Assembly (NCBI GenBank): GCA_965222375.1
Contig: CBDCTZ010000015.1
Span: forward strand, 1,440,001-1,504,000
DNA length: 64,000 nucleotides
Direction: 5' to 3'
DNA from: Polyangiaceae bacterium
Lineage (GTDB): Bacteria > Myxococcota_A > Polyangia > Polyangiales > Polyangiaceae
Of this stretch, positions 40,011-50,209 are shown piece after piece. Below the pieces are notes generated by a model. That model saw only the letters and a program-made list of their open reading frames with translations. It did not search any database and had not been told where the DNA came from. The position numbers and the translations under genes are program-made. Position 1 is the stretch's first letter, and each line of letters opens with the position of its first letter.

Positions 40011-40334
40011 GTGAGGCGGCTAGCACTCTGCGTGTTCGCAGTCTGTGGCGCGTGCGGTGGCGAGGTCGAGGATAGGCACGCTGCGACGAACCAGTCAGCA
40101 AGCGGTGGGGCTCCTTCTATCGTTCAGCCTGACGCCTCTACCGAAGCAGCGCCTCATCCGACTCCCGTCCCCCCCCCTGGCCCTAGCCCTACTCCGGGGG
40201 ACGCCAGCCCACCGGATGGCCAGCCCGACGTGTGGATTGACGCCGTCGGCAGCACGGGCGGACACGCCGGGAAACTGAAACTGCCACCTGGGCTCGACGC
40301 AGCCAAGCCTCCTATTGAAGCAGGCGACGGGTAG
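40011..40334 (+). CDS. Small Pro-rich lipoprotein
   Basis: GGAG RBS; MRRLALCVFAVCGAC signal and lipobox. Confidence 0.55.
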   Translation: MRRLALCVFAVCGACGGEVEDRHAATNQSASGGAPSIVQPDASTEAAPHPTPVPPPGPSPTPGDASPPDGQPDVWIDAVGSTGGHAGKLKLPPGLDAAKPPIEAGDG

Positions 40335-40394
40335 TCAGCTCAAACGTAAGACCTTGCCTTGGCCTGCCCGGACTCAACGTGAGCGCGAGTGGGA

Positions 40395-40499
40395 TCTCAT
40401 CGACGAGTCCCGCAGAGCCGAACAGATCCGCATGCGCAGCGAGTAGTTTGGGTTTGGGGGGTCGCATCACTGTGGCGGCGTTGCTGCACTAATCTCGCC
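40395..40499 (+). repeat. Direct repeat of the chorismate mutase 3' end and downstream flank
   Basis: Matches 39381-39491; one synonymous change in the coding part; TTTGGG x2 versus x3. Confidence 0.92.
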
Positions 40500-40556
40500 A
40501 TGGGTCGCCAGGCTCGGGGGTTGCGGGAAGCGCGTCTCGAGTGCACGCTCTACACC

Positions 40557-41117
40557 GTGGCCGACCCCGCACGCAATCGCGCAACCTACGAAGATCTGCT
40601 CAAAGTAGACTCGAACAAAGTTGCCGAAATTATCGACGGGGTGTTGCGCACTAGCCCTCGCCCTGCAGCGCGGCACACCAACGCAGCGTCGGTGCTTGGA
40701 GAAGAACTCGGCCCTCCGTTTCGCCGAGGCCGCGGTGGTCCAGGGGGCTGGGTCATTCTGGATGAGCCGGAGTTGCACCTGGCTGCGGACATCCTGGTTC
40801 CGGATCTTGCCGGCTGGCGCAGAGAGAACATGCCGGAAATTCCAGACGAGCCGTTTTTTACTCTAGCGCCCGACTGGGCATGCGAAGTGCTTTCACCTTC
40901 CACGGAGGCCGTGGACCGCGCAGACAAGCTCCCCATTTACGCGCGGGAGGGCGTTGGGCACGCGTGGCTAGTCGATCCAATCGCGCAGACCCTGGAAGTT
41001 CTCCGTCTCGATGGCGACACCTACCGCCTGGTCGCTACGTGGCGCGAGTCCGCTCGAGTCCGCGCCGAACCCTTCGACGCCATCGAGCTCGATCTGGCTC
41101 TACTTTGGGAGCTCTGA
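40557..41117 (+). CDS. Uma2 family (PD-(D/E)XK) endonuclease
   Basis: ATYEDL, EIIDG, EPELHL, VPDLAGWR, APDWACEVLSPST, KLPIYA, WLVDP. Confidence 0.92.
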   Translation: MADPARNRATYEDLLKVDSNKVAEIIDGVLRTSPRPAARHTNAASVLGEELGPPFRRGRGGPGGWVILDEPELHLAADILVPDLAGWRRENMPEIPDEPFFTLAPDWACEVLSPSTEAVDRADKLPIYAREGVGHAWLVDPIAQTLEVLRLDGDTYRLVATWRESARVRAEPFDAIELDLALLWEL

Positions 41118-41249
41118 CCTCGAGCTTCCTCAATCACTCAATCGCTGTCGGTATTCCGGCGGCGACCCAGTGAAACAGCCACCTTCGGCTTGGCTGGCTG
41201 CAGGATTCGTGGATGGCATCTTGCTTTGCGCGCCGGGGCGCCATCGATA

Positions 41250-41714
41250 CTAGAAATGATGGTGATGGTGGTGGTGATGGTGACCAGGGTCGTCGTAGCC
41301 CCCGGTGCCAGGGAGGCTCACCGCGGTTTCCCAAACCACCTGGCACTGCTCGCAGACCAGCACGTAGGTATTCGATGGGTCGTCGGCAGCGCAGGAGCTG
41401 GCGCCGGCGCATTGGGGACAGGTCATCGCATCGAGCACCTTTTTCGCAGTCGTCTTCGGCGCCATGCCTGCGATCCCGGCTACGAACGGAATCAGAGAAA
41501 CGAAGATCGCGATGCCTATCAACACCGGCCCCTGTTCCAGAACCGCCAAGGTGATCACACTGCCCAGGAGCAACACGGCCGTGCAGCCCAGCGACCCGAA
41601 CATGATCAAGTACTTCCACGATGCAATCCCGGCTTCGCGGTCAACCAGGGGCTTCGCGGCGTCAAAGCGACGCCGCGGCAGCGCACGCAGCATGTGCGAC
41701 ACATCATTGCTCAT
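41250..41714 (-). CDS. Membrane protein with zinc ribbon and poly-His tail (paralogue 2)
   Basis: Two TM helices, CPQC...CEQC, tail HHHHHHHHHF; colinear with 38206-38673. Confidence 0.8.
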   Translation of the reverse strand: MSNDVSHMLRALPRRRFDAAKPLVDREAGIASWKYLIMFGSLGCTAVLLLGSVITLAVLEQGPVLIGIAIFVSLIPFVAGIAGMAPKTTAKKVLDAMTCPQCAGASSCAADDPSNTYVLVCEQCQVVWETAVSLPGTGGYDDPGHHHHHHHHHF

Positions 41715-41935
41715 GGCTGATCCATCCGTATCACGAAATCTTTGATGGCCCGGGGGACGGCTCGCTACGGAGTCCTGAGCAACCCCACCAAGGGCCTCGG
41801 GTCGCGCAAGTCGCTCGCGAGCGGGTTGGTCGATCCGGCGTGAGACTCGTTGGAAATCAAGGTGATAGGCGACCCAAGCCCGCGAGTACCGGGGGTCGAA
41901 GCGAGATCGTAGGTTGGCACTGAAAGGCTCGCAGC

Positions 41936-42736
41936 TTGGAACGTCTATTAACAACAATGGGCAGCGTGGGCATCGCCCTCGTCGCTACGGTCGGCTGCAG
42001 TGGCGCTGACTCCGTGGCCAGCTCGAAGCCTAAGGGGAACCAACCCAGCGCGAACGTGGCCGCAGGCTGTCTCAATGCGGGGACGCCGGGGGCCACCGCG
42101 GACTGCGTCGCGAGAACCCGCTCGCCGGAGTACTACGTTCAGCAGGCGGAACTCTACTTCGACACTCTCGACACCGACACCTACGAGGGGGTCGAGCCGA
42201 ACTACTCGGAACTCGTGGCGCGCTGGGAGTGGCCCCCTTGGCTCTTGCTCACGGGCTACGGAAAGGACGAGATGATCACGATCGGCAAGCTCTTGCGCGG
42301 GTTCGATCCGTCGAAGGTGCCCGAGCGAGATTGTCGAGCCTTCGACACCCAGCCCTTCGCGCGCTGCTACGTCGTTTTCGAATACCCTGAGGGTCGGTGC
42401 CCCATCTACGAGGAGTTCGTGTTCGACGCCGACGGCGAGATGACGTTCATTGAAACCTGGTCCGACGTGCCCGGCCTGGCACCCACCAGCCCGCAGGACC
42501 CCTGGGGCCAGTCGCGTGACTTTCCGCGTCTCTCAACGCGGGTGCCCGGATTGGGTAACGCCAACAGCAAGATCGATCTGAAGAGTGATTGGATGCTAGA
42601 TGCCGCGCGGACGGACCCGGAGCTCGACGACTTCCGGCATCGCGCAAGCAACTGGGGCCCGACCTGGGCCAAGGAGCTCAGCAACGCAGGCCACGATCTC
42701 AACGCCAAGGGTTGCGGCTGGTCGAGCACCCACTGA
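41936..42736 (+). CDS. Hypothetical lipoprotein
   Basis: TVGC lipobox; well-formed ORF with GC3 bias. Confidence 0.75.
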   Translation: MERLLTTMGSVGIALVATVGCSGADSVASSKPKGNQPSANVAAGCLNAGTPGATADCVARTRSPEYYVQQAELYFDTLDTDTYEGVEPNYSELVARWEWPPWLLLTGYGKDEMITIGKLLRGFDPSKVPERDCRAFDTQPFARCYVVFEYPEGRCPIYEEFVFDADGEMTFIETWSDVPGLAPTSPQDPWGQSRDFPRLSTRVPGLGNANSKIDLKSDWMLDAARTDPELDDFRHRASNWGPTWAKELSNAGHDLNAKGCGWSSTH

Positions 42737-42822
42737 CAGGCCCGGGAGCGCCAGAAGCCTCGACGAGGCAACGGTGCGACGCGAGATGCTCGGCCCGGCG
42801 AGAATCTTCCCCCGGGGGAAGC

Positions 42823-43203
42823 TTAGAACATCGTGTTGTCGTTTTTGGACTCGCCGGGGATCACCTGGAGCACATCCCAGTGTTCCACGACCTTGCCGCC
42901 ATCGTCGAAGCGGAAGATGTCGATGCCCGCGTAGTCCTTGTCCCCAGGCCACTGCTGGTGGCAATGCAGTACGACGTAGTTGCCTTCGGCGATGGCACGC
43001 TTGAAGGTCACGCGCTTGCCTGGGTATTCCTTGGCCATCTTCACGAAGTACTCGATGAAGGCAGCCTTGCCGTCGCCCACGTCGGGGTTGTGCTGGATGT
43101 ACTCGTCGCCCGCGAAGCGCTCGATGGCCTCAGCTGGCTTCGACTCGTTGAACATCAGCTCGTAAAACGCCTTCGCGTTCTTTGTGTTGTCTTCCGTCGA
43201 CAT
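42823..43203 (-). CDS. SnoaL-like / NTF2 family protein
   Basis: [41 protein letters not shown]. Confidence 0.92.
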   Translation of the reverse strand: MSTEDNTKNAKAFYELMFNESKPAEAIERFAGDEYIQHNPDVGDGKAAFIEYFVKMAKEYPGKRVTFKRAIAEGNYVVLHCHQQWPGDKDYAGIDIFRFDDGGKVVEHWDVLQVIPGESKNDNTMF

Positions 43204-43388
43204 CGAGGTCTCCTTTTGGCTTCGACTTGTTGCTGCCCTTCGCCAGCGCGTCAACCGCACGTCGCCAACAAACGCGGTACCAGCGCCGAGTCGCAGCGCC
43301 GTCGTGCTGCCAGGTTGCGGAGTTCGAGAGCGCCAGCAGCCCCTCACGGCGGAGACTCGACCGGGCCGCTGTCGCGCTGCACAACGCG

Positions 43389-45416
43389 CTACGGGACCAG
43401 AATTGCGAGTGCCTGTCGCACGAGAGCAGCTAGGTCTTCAGCGCGTTGGCAGTGAGTATCACCTCGCAACTCCAGCGCAGCTACGGCCTTCTTCGACTCA
43501 CCGCGCCGAAATCCCATATTCGTCAGCGCGCTGACAAGTCTGGATTGCATCTCGGCCGAGTCAACGCGGGCTTCGCCACGCACTTCGCTCCTCGGCAACA
43601 CTTCCGACGCTAGATTGGCAGTTCCGCCCGCCACATGCTGGGGACAGAGGAGTGATTCATCGGCGCGGAGTTCAGCCGCGTGGTCCGGGGCGCGGCTGGG
43701 TGCGTCAGCTGTCACGGTTTCGTCGGTGTCACCCGCGCAGCTCGGCGCGTCGACTAGCGTGGGTGGGTCGGCGTTGCCTTGGAGGCGGCTTGGCGCGTTG
43801 ACTAGCGTGGGCGGGTCAGCGTCAGGGCGGCAGCTCAACGCGTCGACTAGCGTGCGCGGGTCGGCGTTGCCTTGGAGGCAGCTTGGCGCGTTGACTAGCG
43901 TGGGCGGGTCAGCGTCAGGGCGGCAGCTCCAAGCATCGCCTGTGACACTTGGCTGTCCGTTTCCGCGGCGTGATTCGCAGTTCAACCTCTGCTGGCGAAG
44001 GCGAGTTGCGCCGTCCACGGAATCAGGGTCGCCAGCGCTGCCTTTCCGAGGCGACTCCGGCCCGACCGCAGCGCCCACCTGGACGACGCGGCTCTCTTCA
44101 GTTGCGCGCGGCGATTCGCACTCCAACCCCTGCTGGCGAAGGCGAATTGCTCCTTCGATGGAATCTCGTTCGGCCGGCTCCGGAACGCCGGGGTCTCCGC
44201 TGCAGCTCTCATCCGATGTGCGCCGCGATCGTCCGTCTAACCTCTGCTGGCGTTGCTGGCGAAGGCGAATTCTGCTCTCGACGTATTTTCGTCCGAAGAC
44301 CTTCTCGGCCTCGAACAAGTTGTGCGCGCGGCAGAGCAGGCGTCCGTTGAGAGTGGTGCCAGCGCCACCACAGGCTCGCGGGTCTTCGTGGTCGAGCTGT
44401 AGGAAAGCTCTTGCGCGGCAGCGCTCGCCGCTCGGCGACACATACGTACACTGCTCGCCATCGCGCTCATAGATTTCCCGCCGGGCCTCGCGAGAGAAGT
44501 CGCCGTGCTTCGTGCCTCGAGAACGCCGCGGTCTATCAGTCTTGCCGAGCTTCTTCTTCTCCAGATCCGCCAGCACCAAGTCGAGCCCCCGCTCGATGAC
44601 CGTTGCCAAGTCTCGCTTCGGATTCGAGTGACTCATCAAGTCGAGGGCGCGTTCGAGCTTGTCCTTGAGGGCGGCTCCCGCGGAAAACTGGACGTGAAAA
44701 CGTTCTGCGGAAAGCGGTGACACCCGAGGTCTGGATTCGGTGGCAAGAAACCCCGCGTCTGCTCTAGCCGACAGGCTGGCAGCCGCCGCAAAGGGCCGAC
44801 CCAAACCCGCTCGCTCTGCGATCGCCGACCCTAAGTCAGTCCACGCCGATGCGTCGCCAGCTGCGAGGGTCGCCGGCCCCGAATCCGCCGCAACCGTTTG
44901 GGCGGCGACGCCAACTGACTGCCCCGCAGCGGCGGCATCGCCTCCGAGACACGCCTGGACCGGCAGCAGGCGAATCGAGTCCGCTACGTCTTCCTTCGGA
45001 AACCGGGAGCGGATCAGCAGCTCGACCTCGGCTTTGCTCTTGTCGCAGGCCGCCGCGAGCAACTCGGCGTGGTTTTCCTTATCCAAATACCTCTGCAGCA
45101 TGCTGAGCGCCGTGACGTGGATCCGTCCCTCACGCAGCAGGTCCAGCACCATTGGGTATTTGCGTGCAATGCGGGCAGCTGCAATGTGCCGATGAGCGCT
45201 GCCCTCGCTGAGCTTCAGCTTGCGGCAGCAGAACTCGTACATGGAGGAGCACGCCTCCCTCACGTCCAACCGCCGCGCTTCCACCTCGCCGAGGTAAGCC
45301 ACGAGTTGTGCCGTGATCTTTCGTCGCGAGCCAATCACGCCGCCCAGATTGGCCAAGACTTCATCGTCCGAGAGGTGAGCCATGTGTTTCGTAGTCCCAG
45401 ATGACGTGAGATTCAT
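43389..45416 (-). CDS. DUF222-like / HNH endonuclease protein with repeat linker and RuvA-C-like tail
   Basis: N-terminal LSDDEVL...[23 protein letters not shown]...LDH...[11 protein letters not shown]-terminal [10 protein letters not shown]...VRQAL. Confidence 0.85.
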   Translation of the reverse strand: MNLTSSGTTKHMAHLSDDEVLANLGGVIGSRRKITAQLVAYLGEVEARRLDVREACSSMYEFCCRKLKLSEGSAHRHIAAARIARKYPMVLDLLREGRIHVTALSMLQRYLDKENHAELLAAACDKSKAEVELLIRSRFPKEDVADSIRLLPVQACLGGDAAAAGQSVGVAAQTVAADSGPATLAAGDASAWTDLGSAIAERAGLGRPFAAAASLSARADAGFLATESRPRVSPLSAERFHVQFSAGAALKDKLERALDLMSHSNPKRDLATVIERGLDLVLADLEKKKLGKTDRPRRSRGTKHGDFSREARREIYERDGEQCTYVSPSGERCRARAFLQLDHEDPRACGGAGTTLNGRLLCRAHNLFEAEKVFGRKYVESRIRLRQQRQQRLDGRSRRTSDESCSGDPGVPEPAERDSIEGAIRLRQQGLECESPRATEESRVVQVGAAVGPESPRKGSAGDPDSVDGATRLRQQRLNCESRRGNGQPSVTGDAWSCRPDADPPTLVNAPSCLQGNADPRTLVDALSCRPDADPPTLVNAPSRLQGNADPPTLVDAPSCAGDTDETVTADAPSRAPDHAAELRADESLLCPQHVAGGTANLASEVLPRSEVRGEARVDSAEMQSRLVSALTNMGFRRGESKKAVAALELRGDTHCQRAEDLAALVRQALAILVP
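43746..43929. repeat. 93-bp tandem duplication made of 45/48-bp subunits
   Basis: GACTAGCGTG recurs four times; protein ADPxTLVxAxS x4. Confidence 0.9.
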
Positions 45417-46275
45417 GCCTACTTGCCTAACACGCGTTTATTTGGCTCTTCAGCTGACACACTGCGCGGCGATCGCGCCCGCAATCGAGGCGCGCGCCGT
45501 CTCGCGTGTGAAACCGCGCAGGCTGGCCGCACACGCGCGGCAAGCGCGTACAAATTGCCAAGCTGGCGTTTCGCGCGCACGTGCGCCCGGAAACCTGTCA
45601 ACAAGATTCGTAGGAAGAAACGCGGGTCGAGCTGCGGACCAGCAATGCCAACTCGAGCGCGGACAACGACTTGAGCGCCACTCGCGGTCTACGCCTTGCA
45701 CTGCGGGGCGTGCTCCGCTTGCGCTTGACGCTCTCGCATCGCTGCTCGACCTCGCTCGTGCTCTGCGCTTCGCGTTGCGGGTCGACCTCCACTGGCAAAG
45801 GCGAACTGCACTGTCGATGTACTCGCCCAAATACCTTGCTCTGCGTCGAACGCCCTGACACCCGCGGCGCCGGCGCCGCGGCGGAGGTGCGGTTGTGGCG
45901 GGCCCCCTAAGGCCCGCCCGCGCCGCAGCCCTCACCAGTCGAGACGACGCCACCCGCCGGCGCGTTCTTCCGCAACTCAGCCTCCCGCTCGCCCGACAAG
46001 TTGTCCCACCCGGGGTGGGCCTCCGTACAAAAGTCGAGCAACTGAATCTACAATGGGCCGAACAAGTTGCCCTCCCGCCCTGGGATTCTTCTGGCTGCAG
46101 TTTGTTGCCAGCCCGCAGCTTTCCCTATCAGCCTGCGGGTCATGCAGCGTTGAGGCACGTTGCCGTTCGTCCTGCGACCAACCCAGTCGGTCCGTCCGCG
46201 GCGTGCCCCACAGAAGTCACCGCAGAAAGACGTGTTGAGTCATAGTCCGTCGATGCGGGTCAGGAATGGTGCCGG

Positions 46276-46827
46276 CTACATGCTAACCAGGACCAAGCCG
46301 CGTTTCGTTTTTGTTGCCTCCGTCAACCACAGCCACGCGGCGTGTTCCGCAGCCGCAGGGTCATTGTGCTCGGGCCACTTTGGGAGTTCAGGTGGTCCGG
46401 ATGAGAATTCTCGGAACTCCTGGAACGTTTGGCGACACCGCGCCGCATCGTAAGTAGCAGCGAGTACGTAACTTGCTGTGGGGATGACGATCGGCCAACC
46501 GTCTCCACTCAGATCCCTTTCCAAGTCGAAGAAGCCAGTGATGTGCATCGCGTGGGAGCTAGGTACCTCCGGTGTGTCGACGAACGTGCCGTACTCGATG
46601 GCTAGCACCATGGTGGCCAAACCGTAGACGTCGCCGGGAACGTCTTCTAGCACCCGTCCCGTGGCGATCTGGTCGAGAGCCCCCTGGACGCCATCTTCCT
46701 CGAGCAGGGACTTGGAATAGCGGTGCGTGGGTTGCCGCATCCTCTGCGCGACTTGCGGGCCGTCGTTGGAGAGCGCGGCGCGAAGAGCATCGATGTCGAG
46801 CGCAATCCCTTGAACGTACTGGCTCAT
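46276..46827 (-). CDS. Hypothetical protein
   Basis: 183-aa acidic globular ORF standing alone. Confidence 0.65.
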   Translation of the reverse strand: MSQYVQGIALDIDALRAALSNDGPQVAQRMRQPTHRYSKSLLEEDGVQGALDQIATGRVLEDVPGDVYGLATMVLAIEYGTFVDTPEVPSSHAMHITGFFDLERDLSGDGWPIVIPTASYVLAATYDAARCRQTFQEFREFSSGPPELPKWPEHNDPAAAEHAAWLWLTEATKTKRGLVLVSM

Positions 46828-46977
46828 GTCGCTTGCGCCGCGAGAGTCGATAGGCCGCTATTCACACCGCAGCTGATACCACACCAAGCCTCGCCACGGA
46901 GATCGCGTGACACCGTGTAACTAATTGTAATTGCCGACGGCGTGCGTCGCGGAGAAGCCGGCGCTCAGCAAAGCCGG

Positions 46978-48237
46978 CTAGTGCAGCGTATGCCATTGGC
47001 CTTCGTGTTCCACTTTTGGAACCGAGGGCTTGGGTGCGCTGGGGGGCACGATGTCTTGTTGGGCGTCTTCCTTGGCGCTGCGGGAAAGAACGATGTGTAC
47101 CCGGCCGTCTTGGGTCGCTTCGGCGATGCGGCGACGCAGGTCGTCTTCGCGTTTCTCTTCTCGCTCCCAGCGAGCCAAGGTCGCCTTGTCCCGCTTCTTG
47201 CGGCGGCGGAAACCCCAGGCGAACAGACCGATGGCAAAGGCCCAGATGAAGCTCCCGCTGAAGAGCACGGGCCAGAAGGTGTAACGCCGAGCTACGTCTT
47301 CACGCCACTCGTACTCCAAGCCCGCCAGGTCGACGCCGTAGGCGTCCTTCATGGAGGACTCGAAGGTCTGCCCGCGGTTCACCCGCTCGATCATAGCGGT
47401 GAAACGCTCTTGATCTTGCTTGCGGACCAAGAAGCGCACCACGTCGGCGGCCTGGGCGTAGGCGACGGAAGCGGTGAAGGCATCCTCCGGAAAGGAACGC
47501 TCCATACGGCGAAGCGGCAACAGCTCGTCGGCAAGGGTGGCGGTCCACAGGGTCTGCATTCGTGGGAAGGAGCTCTCCCCCGACGCGTAGACCGCGAAGC
47601 CCTCGTTGAACCAACGGGGAACGTGGTTCCCCTTCACGGCGTCGTGCAGGGCGACGTGGGCCAGCTCGTGACGAAACACCTCGGCTAGTTCGTGGCGGGA
47701 GTTCGAGTGCACGGGGTGAATCGTGAGTAGGACGAAGCCCATGCTCGAATAGGCAACACCCGCGGCGTACTTGGGGAATGGGGCGCCCTGTGGGGCGAGG
47801 CTGGCCATCTCTCCAGGAGTGCGCGCCACATACACCGTCACGTTCGACAGTACGTCGGTTCCGAGGCGTTCCTTCAATTCGGCCTTCACCGAGTTGGCTT
47901 GATCGATCAGCGGCTGAACACGCTCGCGAATCGATGGCAGATAGGAAAAGCGGATCCAGCCCGCGTTGTGAGTGTTGTAGTTCGCGGGCGGCTGCGGGAT
48001 TTTGATCCCAGGCCCAACTCGGGGCGCGTCACTTGGTGGCGCTTCCGTCGCAGCGGGTGCTCTGGGCTTTGCCTTCTTCGCGGCTGCTTCAGCAGGGAGC
48101 ACCGAGGTCGTGCCCGTGCGGACCGGTTCCTTTGCTCCTGCCTGCGCCCATGACGTTGTCGGCAACGCCAACATCAGTAGCGCGACGAGAAACGCGATGA
48201 AGCGGCGCACGCGCCACTCGCCGACTCCTCTGGTCAT
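46978..48237 (-). CDS. Peptidase MA-like zinc metallohydrolase, membrane anchored
   Basis: Signal peptide, HELAH, PRWFNEG, AYAQA, C-terminal TM helix. Confidence 0.88.
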   Translation of the reverse strand: MTRGVGEWRVRRFIAFLVALLMLALPTTSWAQAGAKEPVRTGTTSVLPAEAAAKKAKPRAPAATEAPPSDAPRVGPGIKIPQPPANYNTHNAGWIRFSYLPSIRERVQPLIDQANSVKAELKERLGTDVLSNVTVYVARTPGEMASLAPQGAPFPKYAAGVAYSSMGFVLLTIHPVHSNSRHELAEVFRHELAHVALHDAVKGNHVPRWFNEGFAVYASGESSFPRMQTLWTATLADELLPLRRMERSFPEDAFTASVAYAQAADVVRFLVRKQDQERFTAMIERVNRGQTFESSMKDAYGVDLAGLEYEWREDVARRYTFWPVLFSGSFIWAFAIGLFAWGFRRRKKRDKATLARWEREEKREDDLRRRIAEATQDGRVHIVLSRSAKEDAQQDIVPPSAPKPSVPKVEHEGQWHTLH

Positions 48238-48270
48238 CCATGGAAAAGTTAAGAGGCGCTCGGCGCTTCG

Positions 48271-48969
48271 TCAACGTGACAACACCCAAAAGGGTCCGAA
48301 CAGGACCGGCGCGGCGTCTCGCGCGCTGTGTTGAATTGTCGGAACGGCGACGACGAGGACGAGCGCGGCCAGCCCAAAACCTGCCCACAGCCCACGCGCA
48401 AGTGTTCGGTTTTGCAGGGAACTATGCGGTACCCACATGGACGCCACGACCGCCGCAACCAGGAGGAGCACGCCATCCAACGCCGCCATGCGCACGCCAG
48501 GCTGTGAGACCAATGGCAAACAAAACCGGACACCCGCGAGCAAGCCGAGCCCGCCTGCGCCCATGAGCAGCAGGCTCTTGCCGCGACTGTCGTCGGCCCA
48601 TCGCCACGCTCGATTGGAAACGAGCAACGCGCCGATCAAGACGAAGGCGCCCACCACGGCAAAGGTCACCCCGCCCAATGCACGATGATGGGTTGCGGTC
48701 TTGAGAATGCGACCGAATATGGCAAGCGCTGGCAAACAAAGCGCAAAGGCCAGGCCCAGGGTCTTGAGGACGTGACTCTGCCCCCGCAGCGTCCTGATGG
48801 ACGCGGCGAGGGTTCCGCACAAGATGGCAGCTGATCCCGCAAGGGCCAACCACACCAGAGCGCGACTGCTGCCGCTGGCGCGCAGGGCCGCTGGGATGGC
48901 AATCAGCAACGCGAATAGGGTGGCGGTGGCAAGCGCCCCAGCGGCGCCTTCTTGCTGTTTGGTGTCCAA
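48271..48969 (-). CDS. Integral membrane protein
   Basis: About seven hydrophobic segments. Confidence 0.7.
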   Translation of the reverse strand: MDTKQQEGAAGALATATLFALLIAIPAALRASGSSRALVWLALAGSAAILCGTLAASIRTLRGQSHVLKTLGLAFALCLPALAIFGRILKTATHHRALGGVTFAVVGAFVLIGALLVSNRAWRWADDSRGKSLLLMGAGGLGLLAGVRFCLPLVSQPGVRMAALDGVLLLVAAVVASMWVPHSSLQNRTLARGLWAGFGLAALVLVVAVPTIQHSARDAAPVLFGPFWVLSR

Positions 48970-49125
48970 GGTCAGCCTCGAATGAAGAGATTACAGGAAG
49001 CGCGAGATCAGGTCAGCTTCCTTTACATGGAGCCATGGATCCGAACAGACCCAAACCCTCTTCCTTCCCAACCTTTCAGCCTCCTGTTTGTTCTTCCCCG
49101 GGAAATGGGAACGAACTCGCGTACC

Positions 49126-50181
49126 TCAGGTGGCAGCCCCGAGTTCCAGCCGCACGCGCCGCGCGGAACCCTCCGGCACGTATCCGTTCTGCAAGAACCA
49201 GCGCACGGAGCGAGCGAGCGTGTCGTGCGCCAGGCGGTGCTTGTAGCCCAACTCGGCTTCGGCCTTTTCGGAGGTGACCCAGGCGTAATCCGTGGCGTAG
49301 TCCCGAGCCATTCGGTAAGTCAGATCCGGTTCGCCGCCGAAGAGGCGAGCTCGAAGTTCCATCAGCCGCCCACCTATTTGAGCCATGCCGCCGGAGATGG
49401 TGCCGCCTGGCGGCGCGAGCCCGGTGAGCTCGCTGAGATTGGTGAAGAGCTGACCGAAGGTGAGGTTCTCGCCGCCCAAGACGTAGCGCTCCCCGATGGC
49501 GCCCTTTTCCATGGCCAGGATGTGACCACTCACTACATCGTCCACGTCCACAACGTTGATGCCGCCGGCCGTCACAGGCATGCGCATGCGCGCGCCCATC
49601 TTGAGATAAGTCAAAATGCTTTGGCCGCTCGGCGTAGGCTTCCAATCCCCGGGGCCAAAGATGCCGCTCGGTAGCACCGATACGATGGGCAAGCCGTCCT
49701 CGGCCATCTCTTCGGCGACCCGCAGCGCCTCGTACTTGGACAGGATGTAGACCTCTGGATCCGCCAGGTTGAACTCGTGCTCCTCATCCATCAGGGCTTC
49801 GCTGGAGGGCGTCGTTCCGAGGGCGGCAACGCTGCTGGTCACGACGATCTTGTCGATCCCGCGCTTCCGAGCTGCGCTCAGGGTGGCGATCGTCCCCTCC
49901 ACGGCCGGGCCCAAGATGACGTCCGGTTTTGGGTCCCACATCTTGAAGCTCGAGGCCACGTGGTACATCCGGTCGCAGTCCGACAGCGCGCGGTACACCG
50001 TGTGCTCCACGGTGATGTCGCCAAAGGCGAGGCGACATTGCTCCGGGGGCAACCCCTGCAACTGACGCAAACTCGAGCCGGCGCGAACGAAGGCCTTCAC
50101 GCGCTCGCCGCGTTCGACCAGAGCGCGCACCAACCGAGATCCAACGAAGCCAGAGGCACCCGTGACTAGTGTCCAAGACAT
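49126..50181 (-). CDS. NAD-dependent epimerase/dehydratase (HpnA / dihydroflavonol reductase-like)
   Basis: TGASGFVG, TSSVAA, YILSK, GPGDWKPTPSG, GERYVLGGENL. Confidence 0.9.
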   Translation of the reverse strand: MSWTLVTGASGFVGSRLVRALVERGERVKAFVRAGSSLRQLQGLPPEQCRLAFGDITVEHTVYRALSDCDRMYHVASSFKMWDPKPDVILGPAVEGTIATLSAARKRGIDKIVVTSSVAALGTTPSSEALMDEEHEFNLADPEVYILSKYEALRVAEEMAEDGLPIVSVLPSGIFGPGDWKPTPSGQSILTYLKMGARMRMPVTAGGINVVDVDDVVSGHILAMEKGAIGERYVLGGENLTFGQLFTNLSELTGLAPPGGTISGGMAQIGGRLMELRARLFGGEPDLTYRMARDYATDYAWVTSEKAEAELGYKHRLAHDTLARSVRWFLQNGYVPEGSARRVRLELGAAT

Positions 50182-50209
50182 GTGCGGAAACTCTTAGCAA
50201 AAAGCCGAG

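Noticed and set aside
37927..43388. Integron cassette array
   Set aside because: Genes lie on both strands, no recurring attC-like sites were seen, and there is no integrase
43746..43929. CRISPR-like or DGR-like repeat
   Set aside because: In-frame coding tandem duplication inside the HNH gene; no unique spacers, no reverse transcriptase, no adenine-specific variation
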